A stretch of DNA of 62,016 nucleotides, filler included, from Choristocarpus tenellus KU-1152 (Eukaryota > Protista > Phaeophyceae), in assembly GCA_964200185.2 (NCBI GenBank). It is 11 parts of 11 records of this genome, joined end to end, with 100 filler letters (N's around TTAATTAATTAA, not from the genome) between each part and the next. Parts side by side here need not be neighbours in the genome. Positions count along the whole stretch, not along the records: positions 26,305 to 33,199 come from CAXNAD020007128.1; positions 33,300 to 42,060 come from CAXNAD020004356.1; 9 more parts are not named here. One strand, given 5' to 3'. Under the pieces are notes generated by a model. It did not search any database, was not told the DNA's origin, and saw only the letters and a program-made list of their open reading frames with translations. The number at the start of each line of letters is the position of its first letter. Within the stretch, counting starts at the first letter, position 1. This document shows, in pieces, positions 27,386-40,883 of this stretch. The translations under genes and the position numbers were made by a program.

Positions 27386-29121
27386 TTAGGGTTAGGGTTA
27401 GTTTGTGTTGCATGTGGTCTGGATTAGGGTTCGGGTTATGCTGTTTGTATAGGCTAGGGGTCTTCAGCAGTGGTTTCAACTGTATTATTAATAGTAGGTC
27501 ATGATAAAATGGTTTTGTTATTAAATAATAACAATCTGTAGTTAGGATTAGGGTTAGGGTTGGATGTGAAAAAGGAATGTTTGGAACAATGGAACAGCAA
27601 ATATGACTTACCCAGCCAATGGATTGATTGCATGGGCCCTTCAATGTCTGCTATCTTGATTGCTCAATCTTCGGATTAGGGTTTCTTTCATTGTTGGTGT
27701 CTTTCTAATGTAGACAATGCATCCATTTTTGTCTGGGAGGAGAGCTAGAGAGCGTTGCCTCGGTGGTGGTGAATCTAACTCTAACCCTTGCTTGTGCTGT
27801 GTATTGCAGATACTACATACCCACTAGTTAACCCAAGTTGCCGTTTGGCTTTGATGACCTTTGATGAGAAAGTTCTGGAGCCCTCGCACTTGCCGAATCC
27901 CAAAACATGATTACTCAAGACCTTAGTGATGTGCAGTGTTTCAGAATGCATGTCACTCACCTTACGCCATTGATACTGATTAGTTGCAGCATGAAGTTCA
28001 GTGGAGAAATGGTGTCACTTTGCTTCCTGAATGTAGCCAGTTCATTGGTGTAACGTGTGCCGTAAATGCTTGGTGTATAACCCTATTGGCCAGAAAGTAC
28101 AAGGACAAACGCACCCCTTCTTGGACTGATCGTGTACTTTGGAAGGGTTTCCACACCACTAGGCGACCAGAGTTCTCATCTGTACCAGAGGTGTTGACAT
28201 CGGACCATGAGCCGGTGTACTGCTTGCTAACTCTACCAGGTGTCTGTTGCAATATGTTCTTTTAGTCATTTGTATATAAGGTAGTACTTCAAAGAAGTTG
28301 ACTGTTTGTATTTGGAAGCAATTGGATGGAGCATACAACAGTGGTTCGAAGACATCGGGTCCAGCAGTTGTGCCTTTGTTGTTCTTGCCTGTCCAGGTCA
28401 GGGTTAGGGTTATACTTTTATACTTTTATACTTTGTCAGATTCAAAAACAATTATGTCATCATCCTGGAAGAGACCATCCTTGGTACCAACCCTAACCCC
28501 TATGCTTTGTTGCTTTGGTACTATTAATATTAATAGTATAACCTGACTCACAGTATCTGGGGGGGGTGGCGGCTGTCCATGTGTGGGGCCCATTTTTCCA
28601 TGTCGCAATTTTTGGGTGATTTGGTTGCATGTGTAAGATGGATTATATACGTGTACTTTTCCTAGTCAGGTCCTGAATGGACAACCTGGTGTAGATCCCC
28701 CCCCTCCAGATACTTTGAGCTGCCTCCTGTCCGTATAGTGTCACCAGTTGCTCAACTTGCCCCATGGAACCAACCTACGTCACTCATTTCTTAGGGTTAG
28801 GATTAGGGTTAGGGTTAGGATCTGGTAAACTCTTTATCTGTTCTGTCCTTCCATACACCAAGGGTATCGAAGTTGTCAACCCATCTCTCAATCCTAACCC
28901 TAACCCTAACCCATAGTCATACACTGTAGGCACTAGGTTGCAATTATGTTTTTTTTGCTTACGCTTATTAGTACTCAAAAGTTTCATGTGTAGAGGGTTA
29001 GGGTTAGGGTTAGGGTTGACAGTACATTGGAATCGTAACCACAGTTACCCCAAAGTTGACATGATCAGGAATCTTACCACTCATTCTCAACTGTACTGTG
29101 CTAACAGGGTTAGGGCTAAGG
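27386..29121. repeat. Cluster of short interstitial telomere-like (TTAGGG/CCCTAA)n tracts
   Basis: Tracts at ~27386, 27421, 27541, 28398, 28490, 28790, 28891, 28994 and 29107; others at ~3034, 23491 and 26044. Confidence 0.85.
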
Positions 29122-31143
29122 TTCGTCTGAAATGTCCTCCCTTACCACCCCATCCCCCCACCCCAGTGTGTTGTGCCTACCCCCATGTTCTTTTTACTTG
29201 TGTAAACTATGGCGAATGCATGCAAGGACAACCAACTGAATGTAAAAAGACCCCACACTATTGTGCCTGTGCAGGGGATCACACTGGGTAATTCTGTCAA
29301 GGGGAGTACAATCAGGGCACAGGGGAGGAAGTTGTATTGCTTCAAATTTGGCTATTTTGCAGTATCATTTATTTACCACAGTCTGAGTTGGTCTGCTGTG
29401 TGCACTGAAGGGGGATGGGACTGTTTCATTCGTCAGGGCACTTACGTTTGTTTGTACCCCTCGTTTTTTGGTTACTTCCTTAGTTGAGTTTTTTCTTTGT
29501 TTTGATGTTGTTATTGTCAGCCTTTTATGTCTAGCAGTAGGCAGATACATAGGTTTTATGGCCTATGTTACTTTATTCTTGTGATATGTAGTGGAGTGGC
29601 CAGTCCAATGTCGCTCCCAATACTCCTCCTATATTCTCAAGGAGTGTGTACACAGAAGTAGTAAGGGTGAGAATCAACAACTTTGGTACAACCTAACCCT
29701 AAGAAGTCCGTACACTTTGTAAATATGGAGTGCCAAAGGATAGTGAGTAAGTAGAGTGGTTCCCTCATGTTGTAGAGTACAGGCACGTTCATGTGAGTTT
29801 ATATGTCATCTTTATTTGCAGATAACCTCTGCTATTTATTTTTTATCGGTGTTTTTGTTTGCAGGCAGTTAGCAGTTCAAGACAGTTAGTTGTTGTAATG
29901 AATTGATTATTGATCTCGGCTCTAAAGGGGCTATACAGCTTTACGAGGAAGGACCAACGATTTTCTACAAGGTACATATTTTATTTTGGTTCTAAACTGT
30001 GTACCCGTAGTTCTTGACACCAAGAAAGGTGTCTGTTTTGTCTTAAATCGGGGAATCTTCATTAGGGAATGATTAGTGAGGTGTTAGTGTGTTGCACAGA
30101 CATGGTAATGACTAATGGCTGCGAAAAAAGGGGCATACCCCCTCTTTAGTCCAAGGGGAGACAAAATGGGCCAGTCAAGAGGACAAGGACTCGTTCTTTG
30201 CAAAGTACCAGGCAATACATGTGAGATATCAAAACTCCATACCATCTACTACTTTTGACAGGTACACATTTTCGCCCTTGCTCACCTGATGCATAATAGT
30301 GCCCACTTTGCGGTTTAAGTCAATGGGGCACCCCCTACTGACCTTCTGCACGTGTGTTTACAGTTGTAGAACCCCTTGCCTTACCTGACTGACAAGTTTT
30401 TGCTTCAATATCCATGAGTGGACAGGTTAGTGTGATTTGCTCAATTTTGTGATTGGTTTGAGCATTTTTCATTTGAGAACTGCATCATCAGCTGGGAGCC
30501 GCTGTTAGTTGTCATGTCTTTGTTCTGAATAACCTCACACCTCTGAACCAAATGCTAGGAACCTACCAATTAATGGACGGCATTTCCATGATTGAAAACT
30601 TGCCCCTGATCCTAACATCATGCTGGACGTGTAAACTAACACAGATAGGAAGATATTTCGTAGTAGTTCAAACCCACATGACAAGAGTCTAGGAGCTTGA
30701 GTGTGACTTCTGAAGCACAAACAAGAACATCTTCGATGGGTAGAGGTTTTGTTGCCAACACGTGGAAGATGATATAGAGCAAGCTTCATCCCTCAAACGC
30801 CGCTCCAACCTAAAGAATCCACAACATAGTTCGAACGATCTGCTTGGCAGGTAATATGTATCACAATATTCCAGTAGGTTATTGGGAGGTAGAACCCGTG
30901 GTGGATCTACCGACCAATTGTTTTGTTGTTTGGTTGTGTGATGTATGATGTCATCTACGATACGTGTTTTTATTAGTAATAATTAATGTGGACGATCACA
31001 AACTTACAGTAGAATCGGCGTCGAACTCTGTAACTCTACTACATAAATTCACGTTCAATCACATTGTTGTCTTGTACCAGCGTACCTTCATTGCGTATCC
31101 GAAGGGGATTGTTCAACACGCTATAGCGCAGCGACAACCCCAG
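28094..31143 (+). CDS. Inositol polyphosphate 5-phosphatase, partial (exon 28094-28239; probable exons 29885-29971, 31081-31143)
   Basis: KRTPSWTDRVLWK and LTSDHEPV are the 5-phosphatase signature motifs (PSWxDRIL, SDHxPV). The downstream exons are inferred only from phase-compatible AG/GT boundaries. Confidence 0.8.
28545..28721. mobile_element. MITE family B, full length, intronic
   Basis: TIRs GACTCACAGTATCTGG ... CCAGATACTTTGAGCT; flanks ACCT/GCCT. Confidence 0.9.
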
Positions 31144-31256
31144 GTCAGTGTGTTGTGTGCCAAGACGGGTACAGAATTCTGGATTATCAGAGTAACCAGA
31201 GACAAGAACGTTTGCTGGGAAGTTGGGGGGAAGGATTTCTTTCAGTTCATCGAAAA

Positions 31257-31757
31257 GAGTGAAAGTATCTTAGAGGGTACGAGTTTTTCCATGTTTGTCC
31301 ATTTGGGACTTGGCTTCCAATGTCTTTTTTTATGACATTTACCCACTCCAAACTATTTCAGAGTAGGTAAAATGTATAGATTATGAAAAGGTGTGTCCGG
31401 AACATGGATATTGACACTTCCTAATAAACACAATAGCCAAAATTACATCAAAATTGCAACATTGGATTATGGCCCCCAAATGGACGCGGCTCTACCCTCT
31501 AAGATACTTTGGCTCTGTACGAGTTTTTCCCTGTTTGTCCATTTGGGGCTTGGCTTTCCACGGGTTTTAAGTGTCATTTTACCTACTCCAAAATGTTTAG
31601 AGTAGTAGGAAAAATGTATACACTATGAAAAGGTGTGTCCGGAACAAGGATTTTGACATCTCCTAACAAATATGATAGCCAAAATTACATCAAAATCGCA
31701 ACATTGGATTTTGACCCTCAAATGGACGCAGCTCTACCCTCTAAGATGCTTTGACTC
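31257..31757 (-). mobile_element. MITE family A, tandem pair (31257-31515 complete; 31516-31757 lacks one TIR)
   Basis: Two head-to-tail copies of the ~257-bp body. Confidence 0.9.
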
Positions 31758-32299
31758 TCAAGTAACTACTCCAAATTGACTACATGAACATTTATGGGAT
31801 ACCCAAATGATTCGTGATTTTTTCTTATTATCATGGTCTTACTATGACCAAACTGTGGGGTTCCAACCCTGTTGAGGACCACCTTTCAAGAAACTTTTTT
31901 TCTCGTGTGCGGACAGAGCTTAAACTGGGAGGGGGGTGATGTGACAAACAGGTCCCTTTGGAAGCTGATCTCAGTCCAGATACACATCCGCGCGCACACG
32001 CAAGTGCATTGCGCGCGCATTTCTTTGACATTGGTAACTTTCCCATCAACATCAAACACAGAGAACTCTTGAGAATTCTCAGACCTCTTAACGTTGACGA
32101 TCACCAAGATATGACGTCATCTGGTGGATCTGAGATTCTCTTCAAACTTCTCCTAAGATTTGAAGGCTGAGAGAGCTCTGGGTTTGCTGGAAGCACGCCC
32201 CACCATGACACAACTGGTGATTCTGAACACCCCCCACGACTTATTGGACCCTGCCTCACGACAACTACATGGAATTGAAAGCATCTGGGATGATAATAA

Positions 32300-33050
32300 A
32301 ATATGTTTAAGGGTTATATATTGAAAGTTAATCATAGATTGAACTTCACATCTTGGAGACGTTTTTCATATCTTGATGGAGGTTTCTTAAAAGGTTGTAA
32401 GTTTTCGTTTTGGAGATTCCTTCTAGAAGCATCAGGTGCTAAACCAACATTATCATCTATAATAATATCACTCTTCTCTTTTCAACCATGTGATCACACT
32501 CAACAAAGGGGAATCGTTTGAGAAACGTATCGTTCTTGTCCTCTTCCATTCTCAAAGAAATACAGTCTATATCTACACAAATGAATTATGTTAGGGTTTA
32601 GGGTTGTCTTATTTTTCCACCTTACACAGTAACCAATTTCACTCAACAATCAACTATATACAGTACCAAGATATATTGTACCGAACATGACATAAACATA
32701 AATGAAGCTGTCAAACTGTGTTACATGGTTGTACCACCGCACACATCGTATGCGTAACACTAGTTATTGTTATGTAGATTTAGACTGCTATTTGTCTGAA
32801 TATGAAAGAAGGGAAAAGAGATGGGGGTTTACAGGATTCCTCCTTGCTGAACGTAATCGCATGGTTAAAAAGAGAAGACTGATAAGACTATGATGGCAAG
32901 GCTTGGTTTAGTACCTGATGCTTCTAGAAGGAATCACCAAACGTAACACTTACATCGTTTCTAGAGAACTTCAAGAAAACTTCTTAGAATGTGGACATCA
33001 AAACCTAGAATTGATTCTCTATAAATATCCAATAAGATTTAAACCATAAA
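32300..33050. repeat. Diverged long inverted repeat (arms ~32300-32590 and ~32760-33050)
   Basis: The core GATTCCTTCTAGAAGCATCAGGT(G/A)CTAAACCAA at ~32415-32447 is reverse-complemented at ~32903-32935, with similarity extending both ways. Confidence 0.8.
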
Positions 33051-35451
33051 CGGAATGCTTTCAGGTATATAATATTATAACTCATATCGTATTCCACACA
33101 TGTGCGACATGTAAGCACTTATGATTACCTGTTACAGGCGAGTAGCGCGAGTATTTCTTCCCGCGCTTTGACTGGCGCGAGCAGTATACGCGCGTGGGGN
33201 NNNNNNNNNNNNNNNNNNNNNNNNNNNNNNNNNNNNNNNNNNNTTAATTAATTAANNNNNNNNNNNNNNNNNNNNNNNNNNNNNNNNNNNNNNNNNNNNA
33301 ATCAAAAAAAGGGTGAAAAACGGCCACCGACACCCCCCCCCAGATACTTTGACCCAAAAGCATCTACCAGCAAAAGATAAAATACACATTTGCTCCGCAG
33401 TACCCCTAGTCCAACACCCTCTGACCTTTGGACAGTACAATTTGATGAGGCCATCACTAACATCCTCGCTTGATTTTTTTAAATGGGTGGGATGAGAAGC
33501 TCTATGGCATTGTTTAGGCATCTTGTAGATTTGTGTTTATTGTCCATGTGTATGACTATCCTTATTTAGTTTGAGTGGCATAAATGACATATGTAGGTGG
33601 AAATTCTCACTTTTGCATCCGAACACCGGAAAAAAATGAGAAAAAGGATTTTGTAAGGTTTTGCCTAGTATGTTTCTCTATGCGGTACAGTAGTTTCAAA
33701 TATTCCAAATTGTTGCTAATCTAATGGAAGATAGAACATTTTCTCAGTTTCTATGAACATTCTTTTCAGCTCAAACCCCTACAACACCAAATGTCTTTTA
33801 TGCACATTTCTATTTCGACGAGCGCAGGCAGTATAGAAATACAGAATATAAGAGAACCAAGGAGTTAACTGACAGTTGTTACAAGTATCTACCTCCACGT
33901 GTAGAAATTGGAATATCTTGAGATCATATTCTAGGTCAGCTGGGCCCTCAACATGGCAGCATGTACATATATTCAGAGGATAATCTTCTTTTTATATGAC
34001 AATAATCCTTCTGCTGCAAGATACAGATAATAGATAAGAAGTGCCATTTAATAGACTCACAACAAGTATTGAATGTTTACATCAACTAAAGGATCAAAAT
34101 AGTGTCCAATATGGGATTCATATACATGACCCAGCATTCTCTCAGTCACATGAGTTAAAACATTCCGAAAAACGCTCACTAGAGACTTTAATGTCGTGGA
34201 GTTGATGTCTTCTAGGTTGCTAAGACTTGCTGGCCTCAATGGGTATGGTAGTTGGCCATAAACACATGCAGAGTCTTATAAATGCTTGATGTCCAAACTT
34301 TAAGTTGTTTTGTGCATGGGCACACTATTCTTTTACAAACATATTGAGTTGACTATGGAAGTTAAGAGTACAATAACAGAAGGGCATCAAATGTTGAACT
34401 ACATGCTATTACTCTGTACCTGCGACGGCCATGTCATGTACGCAAGACTGTGCAAGAGTGGATTTAAAAGGTGAACATTATCCCAAATGTTCAGATGTCA
34501 CCAATCTTTTATGCTAACCTCAGAGATGTAGTTGGACTTTGCTTGCAAATCCGCACAGACAAACTGAAATATGAAACAACTTCATGTCAAGCATTTGAAA
34601 GTCAAGGGCACTGATATATAGAAATCAGGGCCCTCAAAAGTCTTGAAAAGAGCAACTGTTTTGATTTTGGGTAATGAGGTATCCTTGTTTATGCTGTTTT
34701 TAAAGTTATAGTTGCAGTATCACATTTGCAATCAATTTTGGAGTATATGATATTTAAATTATGTTAACTTGATTTAATCCAGAAGTAAAAGCTACAATAG
34801 AATCTATTGGTAAATACTACTAATTCATGGTGAACAACAGAGCTTCCCCACTAACACAACGTGTATCGTTGGTATACCTACATCATCAGTCCCATTAGAA
34901 CCTAGCACCCAAACATCTAGCACCAATGAAATGCTTGGCGCCATTCACAAATTAGAAACCGAGTTTTTTTCGGGATTCGTAACAAGAGGAGCAAAAGGCG
35001 GGAGGACGTATAAAGCATCAATACTTCACCATAGATCTGTCATTCTACCATGTGTTGCACTTTGTTTTTACATTTCCATCCCCACTTAAGAAGACTACTT
35101 TTTTCATTCAACAATATAAATATCCCACTAGCCTATCATCAGCAGGATGGGTGGAACTCTTTCAACTATGGTACCAATTACCGCAAGATGAAAGGAGCTG
35201 TCTGGTAGATATGATCCGGTCAAGACAAAGAGTCGACCACCGTCAAATGCCACTCAATGCTTCCTTTGAAACGTCAGCATCTTGTGAAATATTGACTACC
35301 TTAGCACAACGAATCTACTTTCTCCTCACTGCTTGAAAGATGAATGTTCGGAGAAACTGTATCGAGTATTCTATAACGTGGAAACACCTCATAGTAAAGG
35401 ACCCAACCTTTTTATTTTCTGGTTTAGAAGGTATTCGGCTCATGCGCTTAC

Positions 35452-35646
35452 CCTCAAGGTTGTTGTTGTTGAGGTCAAGTCCTACCACGCGTCCATCCGA
35501 GTCGACCATCACCCCATATCGTGCATCCAGATCGGGATCATCCTCCTCCCACCCCTCCTTGCGATGCCACGAATTTCCACTCGTGGAACGGAAGATGGTA
35601 TCGAGGACTTCTTTGTCGACCTCATTTCCCTCCGACTGGAAAGGTA
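35452..35646 (-). CDS. Leucine-rich repeat protein N-cap exon (gene partial or pseudogene)
   Basis: Phase 1-1 exon of 195 nt: DKEVLDTIFRSTSGNSWHRKEGWEEDDPDLDARYGVMVDSDGRVVGLDLNNNNLEG, the N-cap typical of stramenopile LRR proteins. Candidate upstream exon at 35775-35823. No intact downstream LRR exon was seen. Confidence 0.75.
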
Positions 35647-38600
35647 CTGCTTCACAGGATTGAAAGAAGGAAGGAGTTAATCAGGACAAGCGATCCAATA
35701 CTCGTGATGTGGAGATTTCTGTTTTGCTACAGAAGTATTATTCCCATACCGGTGATTAATTCTCCTCCCTCACCTATTACGCCCATTGCCGCCTTGGAGT
35801 CCAAATGTACGTCGAGGTTCACCTTCAAAATTCCCAACAGTTGATGATGAACGAGTACAACAACGGTGGAACACTGTGTTGTTTGTGTGGAATATGAGTC
35901 ACCTTCCCTAAAAGGTATACCTCCAATGGGCTCTTCCTTTTTGAAGATATACATCAGAATCTGTTCGTATCACATAATATCCAGTTTGAGTGAAGATGAC
36001 ATCCCACCCTCATTATTATTGTCAATATTACTCCCGCTCACCCAATTTCCCTTTTTCTCATTTTCGTGATGATCTTCTGAGTGTTGGTGACTTTCTCCCT
36101 GATCAATTCTGGTTATGTTCTGTTGTGTTGTGAATCTGATTCCTCCTCTCAAGTAGGAAGAACTTGTAGTTGTGTACACCTGTGTCACACAACAATGCTG
36201 ATGTATTATAGCTGGATTTCAAATAATAAATTGGATATATTTTTCCCTTTTTTTCTAAAACAGTAACAAATTGTTGACAGGTCATCATTACAATATACAA
36301 CGTACCCAAAGAGTTTGGTCAACGAAATATCATAATTCTTCACAATAGATAAGAAATCATATACAATGTAATGTAATGATGTTTGAAGTAACGCTGTTAG
36401 TCATAGAAGAATCAAAGAGAAGTAGTATGATGATTTGGAGGAAAGAGAACCCAAAATCATTTTCGTTGAAGCGTCCAAATTGTTTGAGATATTTGGAAGG
36501 AAGTGTCATAAAAGGTTAGATTTTTGGAACTCATTCATACCGACCAGTTCAATAAACCTACCACACCGCTAAGATCTAGATTTGACCAACCAGCCAAAAG
36601 AATGTCAAAACTAAGAGACATCCCGACTCTGACCGATCGATTTCTCTTCTGTGACCTTCCTTAGTCATTCTGAAACATCGGTTGTGTTTTCATGTTCTCA
36701 TTCTCTTTTTACTTTCCTCAACTCACTTTGACATGTTTGACGATGATAATGTTGAAGCAATACCTTTGAAACTCGGTCTCAACCTCTGAGATGGAAGAGT
36801 TAACTCCAGTGATTGTGATTGCCCCACAGTGGAGAGAGGTTTGGTGCCTTGACACTTACACAGCGGTACTCACGACGAGTGTTCAAGGGAGCTAACTCAC
36901 GCCACATTATGTCTGACATTACCTCTCCCACACCTACCGCCACATCTAATGCCAACAGGAAGGAGAAGTCGGCTACAAGGAAAGGGAAGAAAGAAGAAGA
37001 CAACGATAAGAACGACAACTGATCAAGGTAATGAGGGAGGTACCATTAATACCCAACCTCGACTGATTCCCGCGTCTACATCTTTTGACAGGGGCATCCC
37101 TGGTGGCTCGCTAGAGCAGGAAGAGATGGTGGAGAAGAGGCTGAGGGAAGGCCCTGCCCTTAATTCGGACCAGAACTGGTTCAGTGTGTTGACAGAGACC
37201 ACGAGGAAAAAGATGAAGACAGTGCGGTGATGACGTTTGATATCCAGACGTACATGGATTGCCAACTCGCCTATGCCAAGAAGATTGTCGATGAGGCGAT
37301 GGAGGGGACTCTGCATGACCAAGATTTGGTGGCAGCGGCCATGCAAACCTTAAATATGAATGAAGATGCATATGTTGTCCTACCCTACCTCAATCACATT
37401 CCCTGGGGCTAGGTACTTGATCCCTTGATCATGCTACAACTTTATCACAAAGAATTACCCCACGAGTTCTGGAGCACAGGATTTGTCCTTCTCTCCTGTT
37501 GCCAAATTTCAAAACTGGGTTAGACCTTTCTCTCGTGCGTATCTACGTCAACCACAAAGACCGTTCGATTGGTCCACTTTTATTGGTTATCAAAGCACGT
37601 GCTACCCTGTCAGGAATCTCTATTATTCCTCCCATGAACCCCTGCAGGATAACATAGAACCACAGGAGAGAGTGAGAAATTAGAGTATATAGAGATGCCC
37701 TGCAAATTCTGTTTCCCCAGAATAAGCGAGGATAAGATGTAAATGTGATGTGATATCTAAGGTCTTGTTGCTCGGTTAATAAACACTGAAGAAGCTGTCA
37801 GGCCTGAGGCACAACGTTCAAAGCTCTTAAGGTTTGCAAACCAAAAATTGACACATGCATGATACATAACAACTGTTGCATCTGCTCTTCCTTGCTCCTC
37901 ACAACATTTTTGGGGTGTGGGTGAAGTTTGTCTTACACCTCGTGTGTTTTTCCACTTTTTCATACTGCTGGCACACATCAGTCATACTACATTATTCTAA
38001 CTCCCCTAGCGTACTGAAGTACGAATTCCTGGGTATGTAGATAATGAACCTTTAATGAACATTACTGTTGATACTACCACTAACATTCCAGTCGTATCTC
38101 TCAGATACATTGAAGCACACCCAACTCTTTGGAAGGCACCCATTCGGGAGATTCCAGGAGGCGCTCTGAATTTAAAAGGAGCAGGTGGTGGCCCTTTATC
38201 TGTCCATGGTTTCATTCAATTTACACTACTACTTAGTGACATATCAATGCCGGTCAAAGCAGTTGTCATACCTAATTTGGGAGTAGATAATTTTTTATTG
38301 AATAATAGCATCATGTCAGCATTTCGAGCAGTGCTAGATTGGTATAGAGAGGAAATGTCGTCAAAAGACAGTGATAAATTAATTCCAGCAACTTACAAAA
38401 TTATACCCTTTCCCATCTGTTCCCCCCCCGAGACATATTTGTCGGATTGAAAATCCATCACGTTATATTTCAATTTCAGTGATCACATCTGAGACCACTA
38501 CACCAGTGCATACACTAAAAAAGATCCACCTTCCCCCTGTGTTAGCTGTCCTTGACGATCTGTTGTCCCACACAACCAGTTATATTATTGTTTAATAGCT

Positions 38601-38819
38601 CGTATCACAGTTGAGAAGAGAGTGAGATGCCATCACTAGGTGGGGCTTACCAGTCCTTCCAGTAAATGACTCCGAATACCAAATGAATAAACAGTTCTCT
38701 AGTACAGTTCACAAACACTCCAGCGAATCTAACATTCCGCCGATTACTTCTGGTCAAATTCCCCGCCTTAAATATCCCGAAAGTCCCGCATTATCGTCTG
38801 TGCGTACATTAAATATTAC

Positions 38820-39600
38820 TTCAAATCATATTCTCACACATTGACAAGCATAATCTTGACACACTCCTCTCCTCTGACTACGTAGTGAGAATGAAGTCAT
38901 TCCAACAATAAATCCCAACTTGAAATTAACTCAATCTGCACACTTCGAATCTTATCCCACACATGGACAAGCAAAATATTGACACACTCCTCTGCTCTGT
39001 CCATGCATCATCAACCCAATGAACTCAATCTGCACACTACCCCTTACTCACAGTACATGATAGCTCTAGTGTGGAATTCAAACACGTTACCACTCAAAGC
39101 CTTCGTGAGCAAATCTCCATGTTGTTCACCACAGTTGACATACACAATCTGTGCCTTCCCTTCCTTCACCAAGTTTCAACATAATGATATCTGATATCCA
39201 CATGTTTTGTCCTACCCTCCGGGGAGCTGTCTTCTCAGCCAACTTGATTGCCCCATTACTCTTCAAGTAATCGTACACAATATTTGTGTATAGTTGGCTC
39301 AAAAAAAAAATGGACTTGCTGCAAAAAAAAAACCTAACCTCCTTGGTCCAATCACACAATGGCACATACTCAGCCTCAGCGGTAGATAAATCCACAGTTT
39401 TCTACATTCTTGACCCATCAGCTCACACATGCACCACCAAACATTACCATACCACCAGACACAGAAAATCTTGAAATAACACAAATGGTGTAGTCTGCAT
39501 TAGCATAGTCAATGAGAATGGTCCCTAGGTCTATTCCTGTAAAAACTGAAATCACCATAAGTCAACCCCTCTTACTTGTCATCAACAAAAAAACAATTGC
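38820..39600 (-). mobile_element. Ty1/Copia RNase H and 3' fragment nested in the Gypsy element
   Basis: YANADY...SVSGGMVMFGGACVS, LSTAEAEYV, SNGAIKLA and HVDIRYH (frameshifted). A ~125-bp tandem duplication follows at 38830-39035. Confidence 0.85.
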
Positions 39601-40626
39601 TCTTTCAGCCCCCTTCCAATCCGTCACTGTGGGATTTACACACTTCATCGCTACGCTCCTTACCGCAGATGATAAATCGGGTGGATCTTTCAACGCTTGT
39701 GTCTGAAACGTTTTCTTCAATCGACTGTAGCCCTGGATTGTTGGTATATTTAGGCGATGTTGTTTGGCCTCTCCATCTTGGGCACACTATAATCAGTTAA
39801 TCACTGCAGTGCTGTCAATGTTACGTCATGTAGGGATTACATTAAAGCCGCCCAATGCTCAATTTGGTCTGAAGCAAATCCATTACTGGGACATGATGTT
39901 AGTCCACAAGGAATCGCTGTATGTCAAACTCGTATTGAAGTTATTTTAGGTAAGCATCCCCCTCAAACAGTGAAAGGCTTACAATCTTTCTTAGGTTCTA
40001 TGAACTTTGTTAGGAAATATAATCCTCATCTAGCAACAGCAACAGAACCGTTAGTTCAATTGATTCGTCATAAACAAAGGGGAAGTTAAAAAAAAAATGA
40101 TACCACCTTCAAGCGATCAAGAAAAGACCACAAGGATGTATCATCTAGATGGAATCGACCACAGCTATCTGCTTTTGACGAATGCAAACTACTTTTAACT
40201 ATGGCTCCCACGCTACACTTTCCTGATTTTTCTAAGGAATTTTTTATTCATGCAGATGCCAGTAATATAGGGACAGGGGCGTTCTTGGCTCATAAAAATG
40301 ATGGCAATTTTGATAAAAATGCATGCCATAGTGCATTGCTTTCCCCCTCCCAACGGAAATATTCTGCCAAACAAAAAGAGGGCCTTGCAGTTATTCTGTC
40401 AATTCAACATTGGAAACCATATACCTGGGGTAAACGTTTCAGAGCTATTTGTGATCATTCAGCCCTACCGTGGCTGCATACGATGCAAGATAAGTCCAAT
40501 TTGTTAACTCGATGGGTCTTAGCTTTGCAAAGTTTTGATTTTACAGTCCATCATAAGCCTGGCAGATTACATTACATCCCAGATATGTTGTCACGTCCTC
40601 AACTGGAAGAATTTTGTGAACATGAA

Positions 40627-40883
40627 GAGCCAAAGTATCTTAGAGGGTATAGTCGCGTCCATTTCGGGACCACAAACCAATGTTACGATTTTGACGTAAT
40701 TTTGACTATCGTGTTTGTGAGGAAGTGTCAATGTCCTTGTTCCCCACACACCTTTTCATAACGAATACATTTTTCCTTCTCTGAACCACTTTGCAGTAGG
40801 AAAATGTCTAAAAAAAACATGGGAAGCCAAGCCCCAAACGGACAAACACGGCAAAACTCGTACCCTCTAAGATACTTTCATTC
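40627..40883 (+). mobile_element. MITE family A inserted in Gypsy pol
   Basis: TIRs GAGCCAAAGTATCTTAGAGGGTA and TACCCTCTAAGATACTTTCATTC; flanks TGAA/TGGA. Confidence 0.92.

Noticed and set aside
40201-40761. RNase H ORF with a novel C-terminal extension
   Set aside because: The tail from EPKYLRGYSRVH onward is read-through into MITE-A; the same peptide appears in other MITE-A ORFs.
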